Of a stretch of DNA of 64,000 bases, positions 1-15,000 are shown piece after piece. The translations under genes and the position numbers were made by a program. Source of the stretch: the human T2T-CHM13v2.0 reference genome, Homo sapiens; the NCBI RefSeq assembly GCF_009914755.1, contig NC_060937.1, one strand, 5' to 3'. Positions within the stretch are counted from its first letter, which is position 1; the number at the start of each line of letters is the position of its first letter. The notes below the pieces were generated by a model, which did not search any database, had not been told where the DNA came from, and saw nothing but the letters and a program-made list of their open reading frames with translations.

Positions 1-3000
1 AAGGTATATATTCTATACTCTACAAAAAATATCAAAGTACCCAAAGCATGTATTATATACGATACATAAAATATGGAATTACATCAAATATATATTTAAT
101 TCTGTACATAAAATATCAAAGTACACCAAATATATATTCTATAGTGTACATAAAATATCAAAGTACCCAAACTATACATTATATACTGTACATAAAATAT
201 GAAATTACGTCAAATATATATTATATTATGTACATAAAATATGAAAGTACATCAAATATAGATTATATACTGTACATAAAATACCAAAGTACACCAAATA
301 TATATTTTATACTGTACATGAAATATCAAAGTTCACAAACTACATATTATATACTGTAGATAAAATATCAAAGTACCCAAGGTATATATTCTATACTGTA
401 CAAAAAATATCAAAGTACCCAAAGCATGTATTATATACTGTACATAAAATATGAAAGTACATCAAATATAGATTTTACTCTGTACATAAAATATCAAAGT
501 ACACTAAATATATATTCTATAGTGTACATAAAATATCAAACTACCCAAACTATACATTATATACTGTACATAAAATATGAAATTACATCAAATTTATATT
601 ATATTAGGTACATAAAATATGAAAGTACATCAAATATAAATTATATACTGTACATAAAATACCAAAGTACCCCAAATATATATTATATACTGTACATGCA
701 ATATCAAAGTTCACAAACTGTATATCATATACTGTACATAAAATATCAAAGTACCGAAGGTATATATTCTATACTGTACAAAAAATATCAAAGTACCCAA
801 AGCATGTATTATATACTGTACATAAAATATGAAAGTACATCAAATATATATTTTATTCTGTACATAAAATATCAAAGTACACAAAATATATATTCTATAC
901 TGTACATAAAATATCAAAGTACCCAAACTATACATTATATACTGTACATAAAACATGAAATTACATCAAATATATATTATATTATGTACATAAAATATGA
1001 AAGTACATCAAATATAGATTATATACTGTACATAAAACACCAAAGTACACCAAATATATATTTTATACTGTACATGCAATATCAAAGTTCACAAACTATA
1101 TATTATATACTGTACATAAAATATCAAAGTACCCAAGGTATATATTCTATACTGTACAAAAAATATCAAAGTACCCAAAGCATGTATTATATACTGTACA
1201 TAAAATATGAAAGTACATCAAATATATATTTTATTCTGTACATAAAATATCAAAGTACACTAAATATATATTCTATAGTGTACATAAAATATCAAAGTAC
1301 CCAAACTATACATTATATACTGTACATAAAATATGAAATTACATCAAATATATATTATATTAGGTACATAAAATATGAAAGTACATCAAATATAGATTAT
1401 ATACTGTACATAAAATACCAAAGTTCCCCAAATACATATTATATACTGTACATGAAATATCAAAGTTCACAAACTATATATTATATACTGTACATAAAAT
1501 ATCAAAGTACCCAAGTTATATATTCTATACTGTACAAAAAATATCAAAGTACCCAAAGCAAGTATTATATACTGTACATAAAATATGAAAGTACATCAAA
1601 TATATATTTTATTCTGTACATAAAATATCAAAGTACACCAAATATATATTCTATAGTGTACATAAAATATCAAAGTACCCAAACTATACATTATATACTT
1701 TACATAAAATATGAAATTACATCAAATATATATTATATTAGGTACATAAAATATGAAAGTACATCAAATATAAATTATATACTGTACATAAAATACCAAA
1801 GTACCCCAAATATATATTATAAACTGTACATGCAATATCAAAGTTCACAAACTATATATCATATACTGTACATAAAATATCAAAGTACCGAAGTTATATA
1901 TTCTATACTGTACAAAAAATATCAAAGTACCCAAAGCATGTATTATATACTGTACATAAAATATGAAATTACATCAAATATATATTATATTATGCACATA
2001 AAATATGAAAGTACATCAAATATATATTATATACTGTACATAAAATACCAAAGTACCCCAAATACATATTATATACCGTACATGAAATATCAAAGTTCAC
2101 AAACTATATATTATATACTGTACATAAAATATCAAAGTACCGAAGGTATATATTCTATACTGTACAAAAAATATCAAAGTACCCAAAGCATGTATTATAT
2201 ACTGTACATAAAATATGAAAGTACATCAAATATATATTTTATTCTGTACATAAAATATCAAAGTACACCAAATATATATTCTATAGTGTACATAAAATAT
2301 CAAACTACCCAAACTATACATTATATACTGTACATAAAACATGAAATTACATCCAATATATATTATATTAGGTACATAAAATATGAAAGTACATCAAATA
2401 TAAATTATATACTGTACATAAAATACCAAAGTACCCCAAATATATATTATATACTGTACATGAAATATCAAAGTTCACAAACTATATATTATATACTGTA
2501 CATAAAAAATCAAAGTAACCAAGGTATATATTCTATACTGTACAAAAAATATCAAAGTACCCAAAGCATGTATTATATACTGTACATAAAATATGAAAGT
2601 ACATCAAATATATATTTTATTCTGTACATAAAATATCAAAGTACACTAAATATATATTCTATAGTGTACATAAAATATCAAAGTACCCAAACTATACATT
2701 ATATACTGTACATAAAATATGAAATTACATCAAATATATATTATATTAGGTACATAAAATATGAAAGTACATCAAATATAGATTATATACTGTACATAAA
2801 ATACCAAAGTAACCCAAATACATATTATATACTGTACATGAAATATCAAAGTTCACAAACTATATATTAAATACTGTACATAAAATATAAAAGTACCCAA
2901 AGTATATATTCTATACTGTACAAAAAATATCAAAGTACCCAAAGCAAGTATTATATACTGTACATAAAATATGAAAGTACATCAAGTATATATTTTATTC

Positions 3001-6000
3001 TGTACATAAAATATCAAAGTACACCAAATATATATTCTATAGTGTACATAAAATATCAAAGTAGCCAAACTATACATTTTAAACTGTACATAAAATATAA
3101 AATTACATCAAATACACACTATATTATGTACATAAAATATGAAAGTACATCAAATATAGATTATATACTGTACATAAAATACCAAAGTACACCAAATATA
3201 TATTATATACTGTACATGAAATATCAAAGTTCACAAACTATATATTATATACTGTACATAAAATATCAAACTACCCAAGGTATATATTCTATACTGTACA
3301 AAAAATATCAAAGTACCCAAAGCATGTATTATATAGTGTATATAAAATATGAAAGTACTTCAAATATATATTTAATTCTGTACATAAAATATCAAAGTAA
3401 ACCAAATATATATTCTATAGTGTACATAAAATATCAAAGTACCCAAACTATACATTATATACTGTACAGAAAATATGAAATTACATCAAATATATATTAT
3501 ATTATGTACATAAAATATGAAAGTACATCAAATATAGATTATATACTGTACATAAAATACCAAAGAACCCCAAATATATATTATATACTCTACATGAAAT
3601 ATCAAAGTTCACAAACTATATATTATATACTGTACATAAAATATCAAAGTACCCAAGGTATATATTCTATACTGTAGAAAAAATATCAAAGTACCCAAAG
3701 CATGTATTATATACTGTACATAAAATATGAAAGTACATCAAATATATATTTTATTCTGTACATAAAATATCAAAGTACACCAAATATATATTCTATAGTG
3801 TACATTAAATATCAAACTACCCAAACTATACATTATATACTGTACATAAAATATGAAATTACATCAAATATATATTATATTAGGTACATAAAATATGAAA
3901 GTACATCAAAGATATATTATATACTGTACATAAAATACCAAAGTACCCCAAATACATATTATATACTGTACATGAAATATCAAAGTTCACAAACTATATA
4001 TTATATATTGTACATAAAATATCAAAGTACCCAAGGTATATATTCTATACTGTTACAAAAAATATCAAAGTACCCAAAGCATGTATTATATACTGTACAT
4101 AAAATATGAAAGTACATGAAATATATATTTTATTCGGTACATAAAATATGAAAGTACACCAAATATATATTCTACAGTGTACATAAAATATCAAAGTACC
4201 CAAACTATACATTATATACTGTACATAAAATATGAAATTACATCAAATATATATTATATTAGGTACATAAAATATGAAAGTACATCAAATATAGATTATA
4301 TACAGTACATAAATTACCAAAGTACCCCAAATATATATTATATACTTTACATGCAATATCAAAGTTCACAAACTATATATCTTATACTGTACATAAAATA
4401 TCAAAGGACCAAAGGTATATATTCTATACTGTACAAAAAATATCAAAGTACGCAAAGCATGTATTATATACTGTACATAAAATATGAAAGTACATCAAAT
4501 ATATATTTTATTCTGTACATAAAATATCAAAGTACACCAAATATATATTCTACAGTGTACATAAAATATCAAAGTACCCAAACTATACATTATATACTGT
4601 ACATAAAATATGAAATTACATCAAATATATATTATGTTAGGAACATAAAATATGAAAGTACATGAAATATATATTATATACTGTACATAAAATACCAAAG
4701 TACCCCAAATACATATTATATACTGTACATGAAATATCAAAGTTCACAAACTATATATTATATACTGTACATAAAAAATCAAAGTACCAAACGTATATAT
4801 TCTATACTGTACAACAAATATCAAAGTACCCAAAGCATGTATTATATACTGTACATAAAATATGAAAGTACATCAAATATATATTTTATTCTGTACATAA
4901 AATATCAAAGTACACCAAATATATATTCTACAGTGTACATAAAATATCAAAGTACCCAAACTATACATTATATACTGTACATAAAATATGAAATTACATC
5001 AAATATATATTATATTAGGAACATAAAATATGAAAGTACATGAAATATATATTATATACTGTACATAAAATACCAAAGTACCCCAAATACATATTATATA
5101 CTGTACATGAAATATCAAAGTTCACAAACTATATATTATATACTGTACATAAAAAATCAAAGTACCAAAGGTATATATTCTATACTGTACAACAAATATC
5201 AAAGTACCCAAAGCATGTATTATATACTGTACATAAAATATGAAAGTACATCAAATATATATTTTATTCTGTACATAAAATATCAAAGTACACCAAATAT
5301 ATATTCTATAGTGTACATAAAATAGCAAAGTACCCAAACTATACATTATATACTGTACATAAAACATGAAATTACATCAAATATATATTATATTAGGTAC
5401 ATAAAATATGAAAGTACATCAAATATAAATTATATACTGTACATAAAATACCAAAGAACCCCAAATATATATTATATACTGTACATGAAATATCAAAGTT
5501 CACAAACTATATATTATATACTGTACATAAAATATCAAAGTACCCAAGGTACATATTCTATACTGTACAAAAAATATCAAAGTACCCAAAGCAAGTATTA
5601 TATACGGTACATAAAATATGAAAGTACATCAAATATATATTTTATTCTGTACATAAAATATCAAAGTACACCAAATATATATTCTATAGTGTACATAAAA
5701 TATCAAAGTACCCAAACTATACATTATATACTGTACATAAAATATGAAATTACATCAAATATATATTATATTAGGTACATAAAATATTAAAGTACATCAA
5801 ATATAAATTATATACTGTACATAAAATACCAAAGAACCCCCAATATATATTATATACTGTACATGCAATATCAAAGTTCACAAACTATATATCATATACT
5901 GTACATAAAATATCAAAGTACCGAAAGTATATATTCTATACTGTACAAAAAATATCAAAGTACCCAAAGCATGTATTATATCCTGTACATAAAATATGAA

Positions 6001-9000
6001 AGTACATCAAATATATATTTTATTCTGTACATAAAATATCAAAGTACACCAAATATATATTCTATAGTGTACATAAAATATCAAAGTACCCAAACAATAC
6101 ATTATATACTGTACATAAATTATGAAATTACATCAAATATATATTATATTAGGTACATAAAATATGAAAGTACATCAAATATAAATTATATACTGTACAT
6201 AAAATACCAAAGTACCCCAAATATATATTATATACTGTACATGCAATATCAAAGTTCACAAACTATATATCATATACTGTACATAAAATATCAAAGTACT
6301 GAAGGTATATATTCTATACTCTACAAAAAATATCAAAGTACCCAAAGCATGTATTATATACGGTACATAAAATATGAAAGTACATCAAATATACATTTAA
6401 TTCTGTACATAAAATATCAAAGTACACCAAATATATATTCTATAGTGTACATAAAATATCAAAGTAGCCAAACTATACATTATATACTGTACATAAAATA
6501 TGAAATTACATCAAATATATATTATATTATGTACATAAAATATGAAAGTACATCAAATATAGATTATATACTGTACATAAAATACCAAAGTACACCAAAT
6601 ATATATTTTATACTGTACATGCAATATGAAAGTTCACAAACTATATATTATATACTGTACATAAAATATCAAAGTACCCAAGGTATATATTCTATACTGT
6701 GCAAAAAATATCAAAGTACCCAAAGCATGTATTATATACTGTACATAAAATATGAAAGTACATCAAATAAATAGTTTATTCTGTACATAAAATATCAAAG
6801 TACACCAAATATATATTCTATAGTGTACATAAAATATCAAAGTACCCAAACTATACATTATAAACTGTAGATAAAATATGAAATTACATCAAATATATAC
6901 TATATTATGTACATAAAATATGAAAGTACATCAAATATAGATTATATACTGTACATAAAATACCAAAGTACCCCAAATAAATATTTTATACTGTACATGC
7001 AATATCAAAGTTCACAAACTATATATTATATACTGTACATAAAATATCAAAGTACCGAAGGTATATATTCTATACTGTACAAAAAATATCAAAGTACGCA
7101 AAGCATGTATTATATACTGTACATAAAATATGAAAGTACATCAAATACATATTTTATTCTGTACATAAAATATCAAAGTACACCAAATATATATTCTATA
7201 TTGTACATAAAATATCAAAGTACCCAAACTATACATTATATACTGTACATAAAATATGAAATTATATCAAATATATATTTAGATATGTACATAAAATATG
7301 AAAGTACATCAAATATAAATTATATACTGTACATAAAATACCAAAGAACCCCAAATATATATTATATACTATACATGAAATATCAAAGTTCACAAACTAT
7401 ATATTATATACTGTATATAAAATATCAAAGTACCCAAGGTATATATTCTGTACTGTATAAAAAATATCAAAGTACCCAAAGCATGTATTATATACTGTTC
7501 ATAAAATATGAAAGTACATCAAATATATATTTTATTCTGTACATAAAATATCAAAGTACACCAAATATATATTCTATAGTGTACATAAAATATCAAAGTA
7601 CCTAAACTATACATTATATACTGTACATAAAATATGAAATTACATCAAATATATATTATATTAGGTACATAAAATATGAAAGTACATCAAATATAGATTA
7701 TATACAGTACATAAAATACCAAAGTACCCCAAATATATATTATATACTGTACATGCAATATCAAAGTTCACAAACTATATATCATATACTGTACATAAAA
7801 TATCAAAGTACCGAAGGTATATATTCTATACTTTACAAAAAATATCAAAGTACGCAAAGCATGTATTATATACTGTACATAAAATATGAAAGTACATCAA
7901 ATATATATTTTATTCTGTACATAAAATATCAAAGTACACCAAATATATATTCTATAGTGTACATAAAATATCAAAGTACCCAAACCATACATTATATACT
8001 GTACATAAAATATGAAATTACATCAAATATATATTATAATAGGTACATAAAATATGAAAGTACATCAAATATAAATTATATACTGTACATAAAATACCAA
8101 AGAACCCCATATATATATTATATACTGTACATGAAATATCAAAGTTCACAAACTATATATTATATACTGTATATAAAATATAAAAGTACCCAAGGTATAT
8201 ATTCTATACTGTACAAAAAATATCAAAGTACCCAAAGCATGTATTATATACTGTTCATAAAATATGAAAGTACATCAAATATATATTTTATTCTGTACAT
8301 AAAATATCAAAGTACACCAAATATATATTCTATAGTGTACATTAAATATCAAAGTACCCAAACTATACATTATATACTGTACATAAAATATGAAATTACA
8401 TCAAATATATATTTTATTAGGTACATAAAATATGAAAGTACATCAAATATAGATTATATACTGTACATAAAATACCAAAGTACCCCAAATACATATTATA
8501 TACTGTACATGAAATATCAAACTTCACAAACTATATATTATATACTGTACATAAAATATCAAAGTACCGAAAATATATATTCTATACTGTACAAAAAATA
8601 TCAAAGTACCCAAAGCATGTATTATATACTGTACATAAAATATGAAAGTACATCAAATATATATTTTATTCTATACATAAAATATCAAAGTACACCAAAT
8701 ATATATTCTATAGTGTACATAAAATATCAAAGTACCCAAACTATTCATTACATACTGTACATAAAATATGAAATTACATCAAATATATATTATATTAGGT
8801 ACATAAAATATGAAAATACATCAAATATAGATTATATACTGTACATAAAATACCAAAGTACCCCAAGTACATATTATATACTGTACATGAAATATCAAAG
8901 TTCACAAACTATATATTATATACTGTACATAAAATATCAAAGTACCCAAGGTATATATTCTATACTGTACAAAAAATATCAAAGTACCCAAAGCAAGTAT

Positions 9001-12000
9001 TATATACTGTACGTAAAATATGAAAGTACATCAAATATATATTTTATTCTGTACATAAAGTATCAAAGTACACCAAATATATATTCTATAGTGTACATAA
9101 AATATCAAAGTACCCAAACTATACATTATATACTGTACATAAAATATGAAATTACATCAAATATATATTATATTAGGTACTTAAAATATGAAAGTACATC
9201 AAATATAAATTATATACTGTACATAAAATACCAAAATACCCCAAATATATTTTATATACTGTACATGCAATATCAAAGTTCACAAACTATATATCATATA
9301 CTGTACATAAAATATCAAAGTACCGAAGGTATATATTCTATAGTGTACAAAAAATATGAAAGTACGCAAAGCATGTATTATATACTGTACATAAAATATG
9401 AAAGTACATCAAATATATATTTTATTCTGTACATAAAACATCAAAGTACACCAAATATATATTCTACAGTGTACATAAAATATCAAGGTACCCAAACTAT
9501 ACATTATAAACTGTAGATAAAATATGAAATTACATCAAATATATACTATATTATGTACATAAAATATGAAAGTACATCAAATATAGATTATATACTGTAC
9601 ATAAAATACCAAAGTACCCCAAATATATATTTTATACTGTACATGCAATATCAAAGTTCACAAACTATATATTATATACTGTACATAAAATATCAAAGTA
9701 CCCAAGGTATATATTCTATACTGTATAAAAAATATCAAAGTACGCAAAGCATGTATTATATACTGTACATAAAATATGAAAGTACATCAAATATATATTT
9801 TATTCTGTACATAAAATATCAAAGTACACCAAATATATATTCTATAGTGTACATAAAATATCAAAGTACCCAAACTATACATTATATACTGTACATAAAA
9901 TATGAAATTACATCAAATATATATTATATTAGGTACATAAAATATGAAAGTACATCAAATATAGATTATATACTGTACATAAAATACCAAAGAACCCCAA
10001 ATATATATTATATACTGTACATGAAATATCAAAGTTCACAAACTATATATTATATACTGTATATAAAATATCAAAGTACCCAAGGTATATATTCTGTACT
10101 GTATAAAAAATATCAAAGTACCCAAAGCATGTATTATATACTGTTCATAAAATATGAAAGTACATCAAATATGTATTTTATTCTGTACATAAAATATCAA
10201 AGTACACCAAATATATATTCTATAGGGTACATAAAATATCAAAGTACCCAAACTATACATTATATACTGTACATAAAATATGAAATTACATCAAATATAT
10301 ATTATATTAGGTACATAAAATATGAAAGTACATCAAATATAGATTATATACTGTACATAAAATACCAAAGAACCCCAAATATATATTATATACTGTACAT
10401 GAAATATCAAAGTTCACAAACTATATATTATATACTGTACATAAAATATCAAAGTACCCAAGGTATATTTTCTATACTGTACAAAAAATATCAAAGTACC
10501 CAAAGCATGTATTATATACTGTTAATAAAATATGAAAGTACATCAAATATATATTTTATTCTGTACATAAAATATCAAAGTACACCAAATATATATTCTA
10601 TAGTGTACATAAAATATCAAATTACCCAAACTATACATTATATACTGTACATAAAATATGAAATTACATCAAATATATATTATATTAGGTACATAAAATA
10701 TGAAAGTACATCAAATATAAATTATATACTGTACATAAAATATCAAAGTACCTCAAATATATAGTATATACTGTACATGAAATATCAAAGTTCACAAGCT
10801 ATATATTATATACTGCACATAAAATAGCAAAGTACCCAAGGTATATATTCTATACTGTACAAAAAATATAAAAGTACCCAAAACATGTATTATATACTGT
10901 ACATAAAATATGAAAGTACATCAAATATATATTTTATTCTGTACATAAAATATCAAAGTACACCAAATATATATTCTATAGTGTACATAAAATATCAAAG
11001 TACCCAAAGTATACATTATATACTGTACATAAAATATGAAATTACATCAAATATATATTACATTAGGTACATAAAATATGAAAGTACATCAAATATAGAT
11101 TATATACTGTACATAAAATATCAAAGTACCCCAAATATATATTATATACTGTACATGAAATATCAAAGTTCACAAACTATATATTATATACTGTAAATAA
11201 AATATCAAAGTACCCTAGGTATATATTCTATACTGTACAAAATATATCAAAGTACCCAAAGCATGTATTATATACTGTACATAAAATATGAAAGTACATC
11301 AAATAAATAGTTTATTCTGTACATAAAATATCAAAGTACACCAAATATATATTCTATAGTGTACATAAAATATCAAAGTACCCAAACTATACATTATAAA
11401 CTGTAGATAAAATATGAAATTACATCAAATATATACTATATTATGTACATAAAATATGAAAGTACATCAAATATAGATTATATACTCTACATAAAATACC
11501 AAAGTACCCCAAATAAATATTTTATACTGTACATGCAATATCAAAGTTCACAAACTATATATTATATACTGTACATAAAATATCAAAGTACCGAAAATAT
11601 ATATTCTATACTGTACAAAAAATATCAAAGTACCCAAAGCATGTATTATATACTGTACATAAAATATGAAAGTACATCAAATATATATTTTATTCTGTAC
11701 ATAAAATATCAAAGTACACCAAATATATATTCTATAGTGTACATAAAATATCAAAGTACCCAAACTATACATTACATACTGTACATAAAATATGAAATTA
11801 CATCAAATATATATTATATTAGGTACATAAAATATGAAAGTACATCAAATATAAATTATATACAGTACATAAAATACCAAAGAACCCCAAATATATATTA
11901 TATACTGTACATGAAATATCAAAGTTCACAAACTATATATTATATACTGTACATAAAATATCAAAGTACCCAAGGTATATATTCTATACTCTACAAAAAA

Positions 12001-15000
12001 TATCAAAGTACCCAAAGCATGTATTATATACTTTACATAAAATATGAAAGTACATCAAATATACATTTAATTCTGTACATAAAATATCAAAGTACACCAA
12101 ATATATATTCTTTAGAGTACATAAAATATCAAAGTACCCAAACTATACATTATATACTGTACATAAAATATGAAATTACATCAAATATATATTACATTAG
12201 GTACATAAAATATGAAAGTACATCAAATGTAGATTATATACGGTACATAAAAGACCAAAGTACACCAAGTATATATTATATACTGTACATGCAATATCAA
12301 AGTTCACAAACTATATATTATATACTGTACATAAAATATCAAAGTACCCAATGTATATATTCTATACTGTACAAAAAATATCAAAGTACCCAAAGCATGT
12401 ATTATATACTGTACATAAAATATGAAAGTACATCAAATATATATTTTATTCTGTACATAAAATATCAAAGTACACTAAATATATATTCTATAGTGTACAT
12501 AAAATATCAAAGTACCCAAACTATACATTATATACTGTACATAAAATATGAAATTACATCAAATATATATTATATTAGGTACATAAAATATGAAAGTACA
12601 TCAAATATAGATTATATACTGTACATAAAATACCAAAGTACCCCAAATACATATTATATACTGTACATGAAATATCAAAGTTCACAAACGATATATTATA
12701 TACTGTACATAAAATATCAAAGTACCCAAGGTATATATTCTATACTGTACAAAAAATATCAAAGTACCCAAAGCATGTATTATATACTCTTCATAAAATA
12801 TGAAAGTACATCAAATATATATTTTATTCTGTACATAAAATATCAAAGTACACCAAATATATATTCTACAGTGTACATCAAATATCAAACTACCCAAACT
12901 ATACACTATATACTGTACATAAAATGTGAAATTACATCAAATATATATTATATTAGGTACATAAAATATGAAATTACATCAAATATATATTATATACTCT
13001 ACATAAAATACCAAAGTACCCCAAATACATATTATATACTGTACATGCAATATCCAAGTGCACAAACTATATATTATATACTGTACATAAAATATCAAAG
13101 TAACGAAGCTATATATTCTATACTGTACAAAAAATATCAAAGTACCCAAAGCATGTATTATATACTGTACATAAAATATTAAAGTACATCAAATATATAT
13201 TTTATTCTGTACATAAAATATCAAAGTACACAAAATATATATTCTATACTGTACATAAAATATCAAAGTACCCAAACTATACATTATATACTGTACATAA
13301 AATATGAAATTACATCAAATATATATTATATTAGGTACATAAAATATGAAAGTACATCAAATATAGATTATATACTGTACATAAAATACCAAAGTACCCC
13401 AAATACATATTATATACTGTACAAGAAATATCAAAGTTCATAAACTATATATTATATACTGTACATAAAATATCAAAGTACCCAAGGTATATATTCTATA
13501 CTGTACAAAAATATCAAAGTACCCAAAGCATGTATTATATACTGTACATACAATATGAAAGTACATCAAATATAGATTATATACTGTACATAAAATACCA
13601 AAGAACCGCAAATATATATTATATAGTGTACATGAAATATCAAAGTTCACAAACTATATATTATATACTGTACATAAAATATCAAAGTACCCAAGGTATA
13701 TATTCTATACTGTACAAAAAGTATCAAAGTACCCAAAGCATGTATTATATACTGTACATAAAATAATAACGTACATCAAATATATATTTTATTCTGTACA
13801 TAAAATATCAAAGTACACTAAATATATATTCTATAGTGTACATAAAATATCAAAGTACCCAAACTATACATTATATACTGTACATAAAATATGAAATTAC
13901 ATCAAATATATATTATATTATGTACATAAAATATGAAAGTACATCAAATATAAATTATATACTGTACATAAAATACCAAAGTAACCCAAATATATATTAT
14001 ATACTGTACATGCAATATCAAAGTTCACAAACTATATATCATATACTGTACATAAAATATCAAAGTACCGAAGGTATATATTCTATACTGTACAAAAAAT
14101 ATGAAATTACGCAAAGCATGTATTATATACTGTACATAAAATATGAAAGTACATCAAATATATATTTTATTCTGTACATAAAATATCAAAGTACACCAAA
14201 TATATATTCTATAGTGTACATAAAATATCAAAGTACCCAAACTATACATTATATACTGTACATAAAATATGAAACTACATCAAATATATATTATAATAGG
14301 TACATAAAATATGAAAGTACATCAAATATAAATTATATACTGCACATAAAATACCAAAGAACACCAAATATATATTATATACTGTACATGAAATATCAAA
14401 GTTCACAAACTATATATTATATACTGTATATAAAATATCAAAGTACCCAAGGTATATATTCTGTACTGTATAAAAAATATCAAAGTACCCAAAGCATGTA
14501 TTATATACTGTTCATAAAATATGAAAGTTCATCAAATATATATTTTATTCTGTACATAAAATATCAAAGTACACCAAATATATATTCTATAGTGTACATA
14601 AAATATCAAAGTACCCAAACCATACATTATATACTGTACATAAAATATGAAATTACATCAAATATATATTATATTAGGTACATAAAATATGAAAGTACAT
14701 CAAATATTGATTATATAGTGTACATAAAATACCAAAGTATCCCAAATATATATTATATACAGTACATGAAATATCAAAGTTCACAAACTATATATTATAT
14801 ACTCTACATAAAATATCAAGGTACACAAGGAATATATTCTATACTCTACAAAAAATATCAAATTACCCAAAGCATGTATTATATACGGTACATAAAATAT
14901 GAAAGTACATCAAATATATAATTAATTCTGTACATAAAATATCAAAGTACACCAAATATATATTCTATAGTGTACATAAAATATCAAAGTACCCAAACTA

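Noticed and set aside
13438-13650. Minus-strand 70-aa ORF (and its copy at 29608-29820)
   Set aside because: Chance product of a 1-bp deletion and point variants in the satellite.
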